Numbered from the stretch's first letter, positions 18,812 through 34,432 are shown. The stretch: 64,000 nucleotides of DNA from an uncultured Chloroflexia bacterium (GCA_963778815.1 CAVZVS010000004.1:131987-195986), one strand, 5' to 3'. The notes: generated from the sequence alone by a model not told the origin. Program-made: numbers and translations.

Positions 18812-20332
18812 GTGGATACGACCCGTCGCGGCAGCCTGCCGTCCCTGCGCCTCCTCGCGCCTTCGCTCCTGGTGGCGATCGCGCTCGGGTCTGAGCGCGC
18901 TCTTCGTGGCACCGGTGGCAGCGGCGTCCAGCTGCACGACCGGCGGCGGCCACACCAGCACCCTCTCGAACGGTGGGGTGAACCCGGCTCGGGTACGACC
19001 GTCACGAAGTTCACCTTCTCCGTGACGCTTCTTCGACAACCCGCGCGGACCGTTCTCGATCGGGGTCGTCATCGATGGAACGACGACGCCATGCCCACCG
19101 GGACCGGCGACGTCGCGGTTCCCTGGCGGTCGCCTTCCAGATCGATCACGACCCTGCCCGCCGGGAGTCCACCCATACTCGTTCGTCGCCCACGGCAAGA
19201 CGGGCGGTGGTGCGGCAGGGCAGCGTGCTCGCGTCGACCTGGCAGGCGGCACGTCACCGTGACGGCCCCGACGCCGGCCGAAGCCGACGCCCGAAGCCGA
19301 CACCGAAGCCGACGCCGAAGCCGACGCCCAAACCCACGCCCAAGCCCACGCCGAAGCCCACCCCAAGGCCGACCCCCAGGCCGACCCCGAAGCCGACGGC
19401 CAAGGTCGATCCCGAAGCCGGCCGCGAACGCCGATCCCCGCACCGCCGACCCGACGCCGACCGCCACCGCAATCGAGACGACCAGCCGATCCGACGGTCG
19501 ACCCCACGAGCGCGACGCGCTTCGCCGACCGAGCCGACCGATCGCGGTGGTCGGTGCGGTCGATGGGTCCGGTGACGGATCCGGCGGCAACAATGGCGGA
19601 TCGGGGCTCGGGCGGCTCGGCTTCGCCCAGTAGCGGACTGACCGGGTCGAGCGGGCCGGGCGGCCTCGGGCTGTGGATGACCGCGGCGGTCGTGGCCGGG
19701 CTCGGTCTGATCTTCTTCGTCTACACCCGGCGCCGACGTCGCGACGAGCTCGAGCCGAGCGTTGCGCTCGCTGCGGCCACTGCGGCCGTCGCGACGAGCG
19801 CACCGACCAAGGCTCCGCCGAAGCGTCGGTCGAAGGCGGCCAAGGCGGCCTCGAAGCCGCGGCCTCGACCGCCCCGTTGCCGGTCGTGCCCCCGCCACCG
19901 GCTCCGACGCGCATCGTCGCGGCAACCGCAGATGTGCTCGACGAAGAGGCCGGGATGCCGCGCTGGCGGCGACCGTCCGTCCAGAAGGCTCGCAAGGAGT
20001 CGCGTGGCGGCGAAGTGGCCCATGTGCCGCTGGCCTTCGCCGCGACGGCTGCCGGCGCGGAGCACGAGCCGGTCGTCGAACGTCGACGGGTACGCTATCG
20101 CCTGGTCCGGATGTCGTCCATCCCCGACGAGATCATGGGCGACGAGGTTGCCCGTCTCGACCGCGGTGACGAAGTCGAGTTGATCCGTTCCTCCGGATCC
20201 TACTGGCTGGTCCGAACGCCGTACGGCGAAGAGGGCTGGGTCCACCAGATGACCCTCGAGTCCGGTCCGCCGAGCCCGAGGCCGAGCCGCATTCCCCGGG
20301 TGAGTCCCGAGGACGACGACCCACCCTTCTAG
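18812..20332 (+). pseudogene. heavily frame-disrupted membrane-anchored protein: signal peptide, Ig-like region, PT linker, TM helix, C-terminal SH3-like domain
   Basis: Sense-making peptide pieces hop between all three + frames: LLVAIALG / [31 protein letters not shown] / [10 protein letters not shown] / [13 protein letters not shown] / [10 protein letters not shown] / (PKPT)n / GLWMTAAVVAGLGLIFFVYTRRRRR / ...YRLVRMSSIPDEIMGDEVARLDRGDEVELIRSSGSYWLVRTPYGEEGWVH. Confidence 0.4.
19285..19400 (+). repeat. 12-nt coding micro-repeat, (P-K/R-P-T)n linker
   Basis: ccgaagccgacg-type units are read directly; translation in one frame is [36 protein letters not shown]. Confidence 0.8.
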
Positions 20333-20369
20333 GCGCGCGGTCGCCGGGCGCATCGGTGGCCCCGACCCA

Positions 20370-22042
20370 CTACGCTTCTCGCCGAACAGGGTTCCGAAGA
20401 CATCGCGTAACAGGTTCTGACCAGCCCTCGATGTGACGATCCGACCACCGGTCCGGATCGCCGAGTCGATCGACCGCTGGTGAGCCCGCTCGTCGGCCTT
20501 GCGTTGCTTCTCGGCGGCGGCTCCCGCTCGCTGCGTCGGCCCGCGCGTCGCGTTCGGCCGGCTCGCGCTAGCTTCCGAGGCATGCGCCTGGCGTTCGATC
20601 TCGCGTTGTTGCTGCGCCGCGTGAGCATGACCGGGGGGAACGGTCGCGTTCGGGTCTGCGCCGCCTGGCCCGCGGCGACCTGCTTGGCCGCCACGATCCG
20701 GGCGGTGATGATCTCGTGGGCGCTCTCCCGGTCCACCGTCTGCCCGTACTTGGCGGTGAGCTGGACTCGTGGCGATGCGACCCTGGAACTGGACCGGGTC
20801 GAGCGCGCGCCATGAGCGAGTCGGGCGGGATCAGCCGAGTCGCCGCCAGCGGCGTCGGCACTCCGCGCGGCGACAGGACGGTGATCAGCGCCTCGCCCGT
20901 GCCGAGGCTGGTGATCGTCTTCTCGACGTCGTAGAAGTCGGTCATCGGGAACGTCCGGACGGTCTTCTTGAGATCGTCGGCATCCTGCGGCGTGAAGGCT
21001 CGCAGGGCGTGCTGGACCCGGTTGCCCAGCTGGGCCAGGACCGGAGCCGGGATGTCGGTCGGGGTCTGGGTCACGAAGTAGACCCCGACGCCCTTCGACC
21101 GGATGAGCCGGGCCGTCCGTTCGACCTGGTCGAGGAGAGCCTTCGAGGCATCGTCGAACAGGAGATGGGCTTCGTCGAAGAAGAAGCACAGCTTGGGCTT
21201 GGGCAGGTCGCCCGCCTCGGGCAGGTCGTGGTAGAGCTGGGCCAGCATCCAGAGCATGAAGGTGCTGAACAGGCGCGGGCTTGTCCATGACGTCGGACAG
21301 CTCGAGGATGCTGATGATCCCGGCGCCGTTCGGCCGTGGTCCGGAGCAGGTCGTCCACGTCGAACTCGGGTTCGCCGAAGAAGACGTCGGCGCCCTCCTG
21401 CTCGAGGGTGACGATCGAACGGAGAAGGACCCCGAGCGACGCGCTGGACATCCCGCCGTACTCGTCGAGGACGGGCTTGCCGGCATCGGAGCCGAGGAAG
21501 CGCAGCGTCGTCGACAGGTCGGCCAGGTCGAGCAGTGGCAGCTCGTTATCGTCGCAGTACTTGAAGATCAGGCTCAGGATCGAGGTCTGGGTGTCGTTGA
21601 GGTCGAGGACCTTGCCCAGCAGGAGCGGACCGAAGCTGTGGACGGTCGCCCGGACCTGGGCGCCCAACTTGCCGCTGAGCGACAGGAACTCGACCGGGTG
21701 GCCGGCCGCCTCGAACGTCCAGCCGAGGCTGGCGCAGCGCTCCACGACCTTCGGATTGGTCGCATCGCCGGGGGCGCCGAGTCCGGTCAGGTCGCCCTTG
21801 ATATCGGCCACGAAGCAGGGTACGCCGGCCTTCGATAGCTGACCGGCCATCAGCTGGAGGGTCTTGGTCTTGCCCGTCCCGGTGGCGCCGGCGACGAGCC
21901 CGTGACGATTGAGCATCGACAAGGCGACCTGGATCCGGGCCTCCGTATCCACCTCTGCGCCGAGCATCGGTCCGCCGAGGATGATCGACGGCTCGGTCAG
22001 CGCGTAGCCGGCCGCCATCGCCTCATGGAACGCCTGGTCCAC
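20370..22042 (-). pseudogene. DUF853 / HerA-like (YjgR-type) P-loop ATPase with at least five frame disruptions
   Basis: GTG 22042 follows GGGGAGG. NRHGLVAGATGTGKTKTLQ (Walker A) lies in ORF 21071..22564. GAGIISILELSDVMDKP is in a second frame, MLWMLAQLYHDLPE...CFFFDEAHLLF (Walker B) in a third, and the tail ...GQNLLRDVFGTLFGEKR in yet another. The end coordinate is approximate. Confidence 0.65.
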
Positions 22043-22187
22043 CGCTACCTCCCCGTCCTGAGCGGCCTGCGCGGAGCGGCGCACGGATCGAAACCGACTC
22101 GGGCGCCGAGGGTACCATCCACGGCACGATCCCAGACGGCGCAAGGCCGGCGGGTCGGCCGCAGCCGAGTGACAGGAGAGTTCATCG

Positions 22188-22592
22188 ATGCGCATCGACG
22201 AGATCGAAGGGATCGGCCCGGCGAACGCCGCGAAGTTGTCAGCCGCCGGGGTGTCCACGACCGAGGATCTCCTGGAGCATGGCGCCAAGCCCAGCGGGCG
22301 AGACAGCCTGGCCGCTGCGACGGGCATCAGCGGGACGCTCATCCTCGAGTGGGTCAACCACGCCGACCTGATGCGGATCCCGGGCGTCGGATCCGAGTAT
22401 TCGGACCTGCTCGAGGCCGCCGGGGTGGACTCGCCGCTCGAATTGGCCCGACGCAACGCGGCCAACCTGGCCCAGACGTTCCAGGAGGTCGACGCAGCTC
22501 GCCCGAACCTGGTCCGGCGGGTCCCGTCCGAAGCGACCGTCGAGGCCTGGATCGCCGCGGCCAAGGACCTCGACCGGGTCGTCGAACACTGA
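22188..22592 (+). CDS. DUF4332 domain protein (tandem helix-hairpin-helix-like)
   Basis: ORF of 134 aa with an AGGAG RBS. IEGIGPANAAKLSAAGV...ADLMRIPGVGSEYSDLLEAAGVDSPLELARRN. Confidence 0.7.
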   Translation: MRIDEIEGIGPANAAKLSAAGVSTTEDLLEHGAKPSGRDSLAAATGISGTLILEWVNHADLMRIPGVGSEYSDLLEAAGVDSPLELARRNAANLAQTFQEVDAARPNLVRRVPSEATVEAWIAAAKDLDRVVEH

Positions 22593-22662
22593 TCGCCGGC
22601 GCTTCGGCGCTGGTCACGCTCCGGAACGGGCCCGGGGTCCGGCGTTCGCGTCGACCCGGGCC

Positions 22663-23523
22663 TTAGCCTTGGGCGGCTCGAGGGTAGGTGCCCAGGACCC
22701 GGATCATCGTGGTGACCTCGGCCAGGTCGCCCAGGGCGGCCGCGGCGGCAGGGTCTGTGGCATCGGCGTCCAGGTCGATCCAGAAGACGTATTCCCAGGC
22801 GCGCTCCCGACTCGGCCGGGACTCGATCGTGCTCATGTTCAGGGCGTGGTCTGAGAAGACGGTCAGGACCCGCAGCAGCGTTCCCGGCTCGTTGCGGACC
22901 GCGACGACCAGGGTCGTCCGCATCGCCGCGCCGGCCGTCGACCGGAGTGGCGGCAGGATCGCGCCGGGTCGGGCCATGACCAGGAAGCGGGTCCGGTTGT
23001 CGGCGACGTCCTCGATCCCGTCGGCCAGGATGTCCAGCCCGATCAGGGCGGCCGCCCGCGGCGACAGGACCGCCGCCGAGCCACGCTCAGCGCGGTCGAC
23101 GATGGCCTGACCGGCGCCGGCCGTGTTGTAGGTGGTCAGCAGGGACCAGGGCCGGGTGCGCAGGAAGGCCTCGGCCTGGCCCAGCGCCTGGATGTGCGAG
23201 TAGACCCGCTCGATGTCCTCGATCCGCTCACCGGGCAGCGCGGCCAGGCAGAGCCTGACCGGCACGACCACCTCGGCCCGGATCTCCAGCCCGTGCTCGA
23301 GGAGGAGGTCGTAGTTCTCGCGGACGGTGCCGTGGACGCTGTTCTCGATGGGCACCACGCCGGCGATGGAGCGGCCGGCCCCGACCTCATCGAAGACGTT
23401 CCGGAAGCCGGGCAACCCGACCCGCTCGATCTCCCCGAAGGCCAGCCCGACCGCGTCCTCGGCGAAGGCCCCGGACACGCCCGAGATAGGCGATCCTGTC
23501 GTCGGTCGCGGCCGATCCGGGCA
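22663..23523 (-). pseudogene. pheA: prephenate dehydratase, one frame disruption near 23481
   Basis: ORF 22663..23478 carries the PDT and ACT domains (...VVPIENSVHGTVRE...TRFLV...ESRPSR). The expected N-terminus RIAYLG sits upstream in another frame: atc gcc tat ctc ggg c gtg tcc. One G fewer restores IAYLGVSGAFAEDA. Confidence 0.8.
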
Positions 23524-23537
23524 CGGTCACCCTCGGA

Positions 23538-24011
23538 TCAACGCTCGAACAGGTCGCTGGTCAGGAGCTCGGCGGCGTCTTCGTCGAGCTGGGCCCGGCG
23601 CGGCTCGCTGGCCACCGCCGCGGCTCTCGCCCGGCGCCGGTTGCCGGCGGCGTCGGTCGCCCCCTGCCAGTGGGCCTCGGCCAGGAGCTGGTCGATCGCT
23701 CCGATGTACGCCTCGATCGAGGCGGCGATGATGTTCACGTCGCTCGACGATCCGGTGTACTTGCCGGTCGCCCGCTGGCCCTCGGCCGATGCCGGCGGGG
23801 CGATCCGGACCGTCACCAGACCCTCCGCGTCGGGACCCTCGGCCACGGCATGGACGTCGTAGGCGATCAACCGGGGATGACCGGTCAGGACCCCTTCGAG
23901 CGCCGCGTCGACCGCCCGGAACAGGGCATCGACCGCGCCATTGCCCTCAGCCGAGCCATCCCACTGGTGGTCGCCCGAGCCGATGACGACGGCGCCCGCG
24001 ACTCTGGACAT
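23538..24011 (-). CDS. free-standing LeuA allosteric/dimerisation-domain (LeuA_dimer-like) protein
   Basis: ORF of 157 aa. EGNGAVDALFRAVDAAL...SSSDVNIIAASIEAYIGAI parallels the C-terminal domains of the neighbouring cimA (EGNGPVNALDAAL...GSDTNIIAASAAAL) and leuA (TGNGPVNALFSAV...GLSTNIIEASLEAYL). No catalytic barrel is attached. Confidence 0.6.
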   Translation of the reverse strand: MSRVAGAVVIGSGDHQWDGSAEGNGAVDALFRAVDAALEGVLTGHPRLIAYDVHAVAEGPDAEGLVTVRIAPPASAEGQRATGKYTGSSSDVNIIAASIEAYIGAIDQLLAEAHWQGATDAAGNRRRARAAAVASEPRRAQLDEDAAELLTSDLFER

Positions 24012-24065
24012 TCGAACCCGACGTCACCGTCCAGCGCTCGAGATGGAGAGTCGTCGCGTCGTCGG

Positions 24066-28605
<4,540 letters not shown>

Positions 28606-28609
<4 letters not shown>

Positions 28610-29670
28610 CGGGACGACTCGGCGACCCGACGCGGTTCGCTGGCCGCCGCCTGGGCCTCGCCGGCACGGACGACGACCGGGTCGAGGAAGGCCATCTGGC
28701 CGCGCAGCTCGGCGCCGACCTGCTCGATGAGATGGTCGCTGTCCTGTTGGCGGAGCCGCTCGAACTCGGGTCGCCCGGCGTCGTTCTCGGCGATCCAGTT
28801 GCGGGCGAAGGTGCCGTCCTGGATCTCGTGCAGGACCTGCTTCATCGTCGTGCGGACGTGCTCGTCGATGATCCGCGGGCCGGACACGTAGTCGCCGTAC
28901 TCAGCCGTGTCGCTGACGCTGAAGCGCATGAAGTTGAGCCCGCCCCGGTACATCAGGTCGACGATGAGCTTGAGCTCGTGCATCGTCTCGAAGTAGGCGA
29001 GCTCCGGCTGGTAGCCGGCCTCGACCAGGGTTTCGAAGGCCATCTTGACCAGGGCCGCCGTGCCGCCGCACAGGACCGACTGCTCGCCGAACAGGTCGGT
29101 CTCGGTCTCCTCGGCGAAGGTCGTCTCGAGGACGCCGGCCCGGGTGTTGCCGAGCCCGCGGGCATAGGCCAGGGTCCGTGCCCGAGCTGTCCCGGTCGGG
29201 TCGCGGTGGACCGCGAACAGGGCAGGCACGCCGCCGCCGGCCCGGTACACGCTCCGGACGAGGTGGCCGGGGCCCTTCGGGGCGACCATCCCCACGTCGA
29301 TGCCGGCCGGCGGATCGATCCGCTCGAAGTGGATGTTGAAGCCGTGAGCGAACATCAGGAGTTGACCGTCGCGCAGGTTTGGCGCGATGTCGGCGTCGTA
29401 AACGGCCTTCTGACTGGTGTCCGGGACAAGGATCATGATCACATCCGCGGCTTTGACCGCCTCGGCCACGGTCAGCACCTTGAGACCGGCGTCCTCGACC
29501 AGCTGGCGGCTCTTGCTGGTCGGCGCCAGACCGACCACGACATCGACGCCCGACTCGTGCAAGTTGAGCGCGTGGGCGTGACCCTGGCTGCCGTAGCCGA
29601 TGATGGCCACCGTCTGCCCGCTCAGCGCGGCCGGGTCCGCGTCATCGTCGTAGTACATCTTGGCCGTCAT
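28606..29670 (-). CDS. ilvC: ketol-acid reductoisomerase
   Basis: ORF of 354 aa. [12 protein letters not shown]...[15 protein letters not shown]... The ATG overlaps the ilvN stop (ATGA). Confidence 0.92.
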
Positions 29671-30242
29671 CGCTTGATCGCCTCCTCGATGGATCCCGAG
29701 CCGCGGGCCATGACCACGGTCCCGGTGCGGACGAGTTCCCTGACCCCATAGGTCCGAAGCAGAGCCACCAATGCGTCGACCTCCGCTTCGGTGCCGGTCG
29801 CCTCGACGACGATCGACGTGTCCGAGATGTCGACGACCCGGGCCCGGTATAACTCGACGATCTTGACGATCTCGCCGCGGTTGCTGTCGCTGGCGCGGAC
29901 CTTGACCAGGGCCAGCTCGTGGGCCACCGTCGGCTCGTCGGTCAGGTCCTGGACCTTGAGCACGTCGATCAGTCGGTAGAGCTGCTTGGTGGCCTGTTCG
30001 AGCAGGACGTCGTCCCCGTGCAGAGTGATCGTCATCCGGCTGATATCGGGCTGGTCGGTGTGGCTGACCGCGAGCGACTCGATGTTGAAGTTGCGCGCCC
30101 GCATCAGGCTGGAGACCCGGTTGAGGACACCCGGCTTGTCGAGGACCAGCACGACCAGGACGTGGCGATGCTGGACGCCGCCGCCGGGCAACGCGCGCGG
30201 TGGGGGCGTGCCCCGGTCGGAGGTGGAGCCGTCGGCGGTCAT
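29667..30242 (-). CDS. ilvN: acetolactate synthase small (regulatory) subunit
   Basis: Inner part of ORF 29667..30506. ATG 30242 overlaps the ilvB stop (ATGA). ACT domain [33 protein letters not shown]. Confidence 0.85.
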   Translation of the reverse strand: MTADGSTSDRGTPPPRALPGGGVQHRHVLVVLVLDKPGVLNRVSSLMRARNFNIESLAVSHTDQPDISRMTITLHGDDVLLEQATKQLYRLIDVLKVQDLTDEPTVAHELALVKVRASDSNRGEIVKIVELYRARVVDISDTSIVVEATGTEAEVDALVALLRTYGVRELVRTGTVVMARGSGSIEEAIKR

Positions 30243-32143
30243 TCGTCCGCTCCGCCCCAGTTCTCGATGAGGTCGGACAGACCCTTGCCGGCCGGCATCA
30301 TCGGGAAGACGTTCTGTTCCTCGGCGATCTCGAACCAGATCAGGGCCGGTCCGTCGACCGCCTGGGCCGCCCGGATCGCGTCGTCGACCTCGGCCGGGGT
30401 ATGGGCCCGGAAGGCCGGCACGCCGAACGCGTCGGCCAGCTTGGCGAAGTCCGGCCCCATCAGAGTGGCCGAGTGGTAGTTGCCGCCGTAGATGATCTCC
30501 TGCCACTGGCGGATCATCCCCAGCTTCTTGTTGTCGAGCAGGGCGATCTTGACCGGGATCCGATCCTGGACCAGGGTCATCAGCTCCTGGAAGGTCATCT
30601 GGAAGCCACCGTCGCCGGTGATCGCCCAGGTTTCCCGGTCGGGTCGGCCGAGGGCCGCCCCCATCGCCGCCGGCACGCTGAAGCCCATCGTCCCCAGGCC
30701 ACCCGAACTGACGTGGCTATTGGGCTGGCGAAAGCCGGCGTAGCGAGCCAGCCACATCTGGTTCTGGCCGACGTCGGCGACATAGGTGGCGGCGTGGTCG
30801 GTCAGCTCGCCGATCCGCTCGACCACGTAGTCGGCAGACAGCAGACCGTCGCGCCAGGCGCCCGAACCATGCCAGCTGGAGCCCTCGGACTCGCGCTTCC
30901 AGTCGGCCAGCTGGGCCAGATACGCCGCGCGTTCGGCCGGAGCGGTCGTCTCGACCAGCGGGGTCAGCGCACGCAGGACCCGCCCGGCGTCGCCCACGAT
31001 GGGGACCTCGACGGCCACGTTCTTGCCGATCTCGGCCGGGTCGATATCGACATGGACGATCCGGGCGTAGGGGGCATACGTCCGGACATTGCCGGTGACC
31101 CGGTCGTCGAAGCGCATCCCGAAGGCGATCAGCAGGTCGGCCGCCTGGATGGCCCGATTGACGTGCTTCCAACCGTGCATACCCATGTAGCCGTAGGCCA
31201 GGGGATGGGTCTCGTCCATGGCCCCGATGCCGAGCAGCGTCCAGGCGACCGGGATGCTGGTCTTCTCGGCGAAGGCGCGCAGGTCGTCCCAGGCATCGGC
31301 ATGGAGGACGCCGTGACCGGCCAGGATCATCGGCCGCTCGGCCCGGGCGATCTCGGCCGCGGCCAGCTTGACCTGCTTGGGGTGGCCGTCGAAGGTCGGG
31401 CGGAAGCCGGGCAGCCCGGCCACGATCTCGGCCTCCGACGGGTGTTCGGCCGTCGTCTCCTGCTGGAGCGCGTCTTTGGTGATGTCGACATGGACCGGTC
31501 CCGGTCGGCCGGTCCGGGCGATGTGGAACGCTTCGGCGATGATCCGGGGCAGGTCGTCGGCGTCACGGACGAGGTAGTTGTGCTTGGTCATCGGCAGGGT
31601 GATGCCGGTGATGTCGATCTCCTGGAAGGCATCCTTGCCGATCAACGCGCTGGGCACGTTGCCGGTGATCGCGACCATCGGCACTGAGTCGAGCAAGGCC
31701 GTCCCGATCCCGGTGACCAGGTTGGTCGCGCCCGGGCCTGACGTCCCGATGCAGACCCCGACCCGGCCGGTGACCCGGGCGTAGCCGTCGGCCGCGTGGG
31801 CACCGCCCTGCTCGTGGCGGACGAGGATGTGCCGGAGCTCCGGATAGTCGCCCAGGATGTCGTAGAGCGGCAGGATGACCCCGCCCGGATACGAGAAGAC
31901 GACATCGACCCCCTGGCGGAGCAGGGCTTCGCAGACCACGTCGGCCCCGATCCGAGTCCGCTTGCGCGGCTTGACGTCGCGCAGCATCGCCGAGCGGGCC
32001 TGCTCCACAGCGACAGCGGTCGGGGTCCCATCGGCCGGGACGTGGCTGCGCCGCGGCCGAGCGGCCAGCGGACCGTCCTTGGTCGGTGCCGCGGGCGCCC
32101 CAGGTGCCGCCCCGCCGTCGGGCGTCCCCTTCGTCATCGTCAT
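30239..32143 (-). CDS. ilvB: acetolactate synthase large (catalytic) subunit
   Basis: ORF of 634 aa. ...[23 protein letters not shown]...[18 protein letters not shown]...; TPP motif [21 protein letters not shown] 10 nt upstream of the ATG. Confidence 0.9.
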   Translation of the reverse strand: MTMTKGTPDGGAAPGAPAAPTKDGPLAARPRRSHVPADGTPTAVAVEQARSAMLRDVKPRKRTRIGADVVCEALLRQGVDVVFSYPGGVILPLYDILGDYPELRHILVRHEQGGAHAADGYARVTGRVGVCIGTSGPGATNLVTGIGTALLDSVPMVAITGNVPSALIGKDAFQEIDITGITLPMTKHNYLVRDADDLPRIIAEAFHIARTGRPGPVHVDITKDALQQETTAEHPSEAEIVAGLPGFRPTFDGHPKQVKLAAAEIARAERPMILAGHGVLHADAWDDLRAFAEKTSIPVAWTLLGIGAMDETHPLAYGYMGMHGWKHVNRAIQAADLLIAFGMRFDDRVTGNVRTYAPYARIVHVDIDPAEIGKNVAVEVPIVGDAGRVLRALTPLVETTAPAERAAYLAQLADWKRESEGSSWHGSGAWRDGLLSADYVVERIGELTDHAATYVADVGQNQMWLARYAGFRQPNSHVSSGGLGTMGFSVPAAMGAALGRPDRETWAITGDGGFQMTFQELMTLVQDRIPVKIALLDNKKLGMIRQWQEIIYGGNYHSATLMGPDFAKLADAFGVPAFRAHTPAEVDDAIRAAQAVDGPALIWFEIAEEQNVFPMMPAGKGLSDLIENWGGADE

Positions 32144-32201
32144 CGCGTCAAGGCCCTCCGTGGCGTCAATCGTACTTGGTGATCGGCTCCGAACATGACA
32201 A

Positions 32202-32225
32202 GACCCCCGCCTCCCGGCGAGGGTC
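32202..32225 (-). terminator. GC-rich stem-loop in the ilvB leader (candidate attenuator terminator)
   Basis: gacccccgcc (32202-11), tccc, ggcgagggtc (32216-25): 9 of 10 bp pair. On the transcribed strand it is followed by UCUUGUCAUGUU, and it lies ~59 nt upstream of the ilvB ATG. Confidence 0.4.
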
Positions 32226-32251
32226 CCTTCGGTTCTCGGTGGCGCTACTCG

Positions 32252-32452
32252 CTACCTCCGCGATCCTCCGTTCTCCTGCCGAGAGCCGGTAATGAGCCCA
32301 AGAAGGCCGTCCAGCTCAAGAAGGAGCGAGCGAAGAAGAGCGAGGGGAGATACCAGATCCGACCCGGAGTCCATGGGCAGATGCACACGGCGACCGTCCG
32401 TCGTCACGACGACGGCGACGCGGCGGCGATCCTGACCGTTGAACAGACCCAA
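32252..32452 (-). promoter_or_regulatory. candidate ilvB leader ORF rich in Val/Leu/Ile
   Basis: ORF 32252..32452 starts at TTG, 5 nt after GGAGG. It encodes ...RRRVAVVVTTDG... and ...SPLALLRSLLLELDGLLGLI... and stops 27 nt before the hairpin. It is unusually long (66 codons) for a leader peptide. Confidence 0.25.
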
Positions 32453-32881
32453 GTCATCCTCCGGTATCGGCCCACTCGACCGCGTTGGTCGGAGCGCTGT
32501 GCGCGCAGTCTATCAGCCTCGCCCGATAACGCAACCTCTGCGACCGCACCGGACCGCACCAGCCGAGCGGGCTGCGCGCCGACGTCTCCGGACCGCCCCG
32601 AACCACAGCGGACCGGATGCGCTCACGAACGGATGGGTGCATACTCCGAGTAGCCCTGTCGGGCTCCAAGCGCGCGGCGCGACCCCCGGTCGCGTGGCCC
32701 CCAGTCCTCCTTCGCCGGACGCCGCGACCCCCGTGCCCTCGGTCGCCGCGCCGCCCCCCGAAGGTCAGCTCTCCGCTCGCCATGCCAGCCGCATGGCGTC
32801 CTGGTAGGGAGGAGGCAAGAGTTTGCGGCGGTTGACAAGCGGCGCCCAGAGGGCGTCCAGTCGAGTCCTCACCCCCGGTCC

Positions 32882-34432
32882 GTGCCGATCATCTCGGACA
32901 TGCGACCCCAACCTGCGGCGAGGTGTCCGATGAACCGGACGGCCTCCCCTTCCAGCCCTGCTCGTCGACCCTCCTCCCGTCTCGTGGAGTCGAGCGTCGC
33001 CGCCGTCCTGAGCCTGGTCCTGCTGATCGGCCTCGGTCCCATCCTCGACCACGCCGGCTTCGCCGGGACCCAGCAGGTCGATGCCGCGACCGGCCCGCAC
33101 ATGATCGCCACCGCGGCGGACATCGCCAAGCTGCCCACGTCCGGGGTCGCCTGGACCAACCTGAAGAAGGCAGCCGACGAGAGCGCCGGCACGCCCGATC
33201 TGTCGAATCAGGACTCCAACAACGATGTCCTGGTCCTGGCCAAGGCCCTGGTCTACGCCCGGACCAAGATCGCCTCGTACCGGACCACCGTCCTGACCAA
33301 CCTCAAGGCGGTCGTCGGGACCGAGGTCGGCGGTCGGAGCATCTCGGTCGGTCGCGGACTGCCCGCGTACATCATCGCGGCGGACCTGATCTCGTTGCCG
33401 ACCTACCAGCCCACCTTCGACGCGGGCACGTTCAAGCCGTGGCTGCGCAAGCTGCTGAGCGAGGATCTCCAGGGCGATACGCTGGTCAGTACCCACAACC
33501 TGCGCCCGAATAACTGGGGCACCCACGCCGGGGCGGCCCGGATCGCCATCGCCATCTACCTTGGCGACGCGCTCCAGCTCAAGCGGGCGGCCACGGTCTT
33601 CCATGGCTTCCTTGGCGACCGGGCCTCGTACCACGGCTTCGACTTCGGCGCCGACCTGTCCTGGCAGTGCTCTGTGACGGCCCCGGTCGGGATCGACGCC
33701 GGCTGTGTCAAGAACGGGATCAACCTAGACGGAGCCATCCCCGACGAGATGCGCCGCGGCGCCTCGCTCCAGTGGCCACCGGTCCCAACCTCGTATCCGT
33801 GGGAGCTGATGCAGGGTGCGGTCCTCCAGGCGGAGCTGCTCCAGCGGGCCGGTTATGCGGCCTGGTCCTGGTCGAACAAGGCGCTCCTGCGGGCTGCCCG
33901 CTTCCTGTATCGGGCTGGCTGGCCGGCCGACGCCAACGACGACTGGCAGCCCTGGCTGCTCGACTATCGCTACGGGACGACCTTCCGGAAGGCCGGCGCG
34001 ACCCACTTCGGGAAGAATTACGGTTGGTCGGATTGGCTGTACGGGGCCAAGGTCAGCGGCAGTCCAGGCTGGCGCTCCTACTCGGACGCCAAGGTGGTCT
34101 ACCACAAGGCCTGGTTCCGCTCCTCGTCGGCTCGCTACCTCGGCGGCTGGGTCCATTCGTCTCGAACGAGGGCTGCCAAGGCGGTCTTCAGGTTCTACGG
34201 TGACCAGGTCGCCTGGATCGGACCAAAGGGTCCCGCCTTCGGGCGTGCCGCGGTCTACGTCGATGGTCACCTGATCAGGACGATCAACCTGCACACGGCG
34301 ATCAAGCACTATCGCGTCAAGTTGTTCACGGCGATCTTCGGCAAGCCGGGTACGCACTACCTGACGGTGAAGGTGATGGGCACACCCGGACACCCGCTCG
34401 TCTCGATCGACGGTTACCGAGTCCACCGCTAG
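32882..34432 (+). CDS. secreted polysaccharide-lyase-like protein (alginate-lyase-family-like) with C-terminal beta-sandwich domain
   Basis: ORF of 516 aa; more likely start ATG 32930 (MNRTASPS...). TM/signal VAAVLSLVLLIGLG. All-alpha region with NLRPNNWGTHAGAA. The family assignment rests on weak motif memory only. Confidence 0.45.
   Translation: MPIISDMRPQPAARCPMNRTASPSSPARRPSSRLVESSVAAVLSLVLLIGLGPILDHAGFAGTQQVDAATGPHMIATAADIAKLPTSGVAWTNLKKAADESAGTPDLSNQDSNNDVLVLAKALVYARTKIASYRTTVLTNLKAVVGTEVGGRSISVGRGLPAYIIAADLISLPTYQPTFDAGTFKPWLRKLLSEDLQGDTLVSTHNLRPNNWGTHAGAARIAIAIYLGDALQLKRAATVFHGFLGDRASYHGFDFGADLSWQCSVTAPVGIDAGCVKNGINLDGAIPDEMRRGASLQWPPVPTSYPWELMQGAVLQAELLQRAGYAAWSWSNKALLRAARFLYRAGWPADANDDWQPWLLDYRYGTTFRKAGATHFGKNYGWSDWLYGAKVSGSPGWRSYSDAKVVYHKAWFRSSSARYLGGWVHSSRTRAAKAVFRFYGDQVAWIGPKGPAFGRAAVYVDGHLIRTINLHTAIKHYRVKLFTAIFGKPGTHYLTVKVMGTPGHPLVSIDGYRVHR

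Noticed and set aside
18389-19995. Long minus-strand ORFs (18389..19507, 19069..19995, 19254..19925) in the PT-repeat region.
   Set aside because: They have extreme Arg/Gly/Pro/Ala composition driven by the antisense of the PKPT repeat and the GC content. The plus strand carries interpretable domain fragments.
32460-32880. About 400 nt of apparently non-coding DNA between the ilvB leader and the lyase-like gene. I looked for a small ORF, a T-box or an sRNA.
   Set aside because: The ORFs here (32439..32807 and 32454..32783) are Arg/Pro-rich with no RBS. There is no T-box core or other motif I can recognise, so this is left unannotated.
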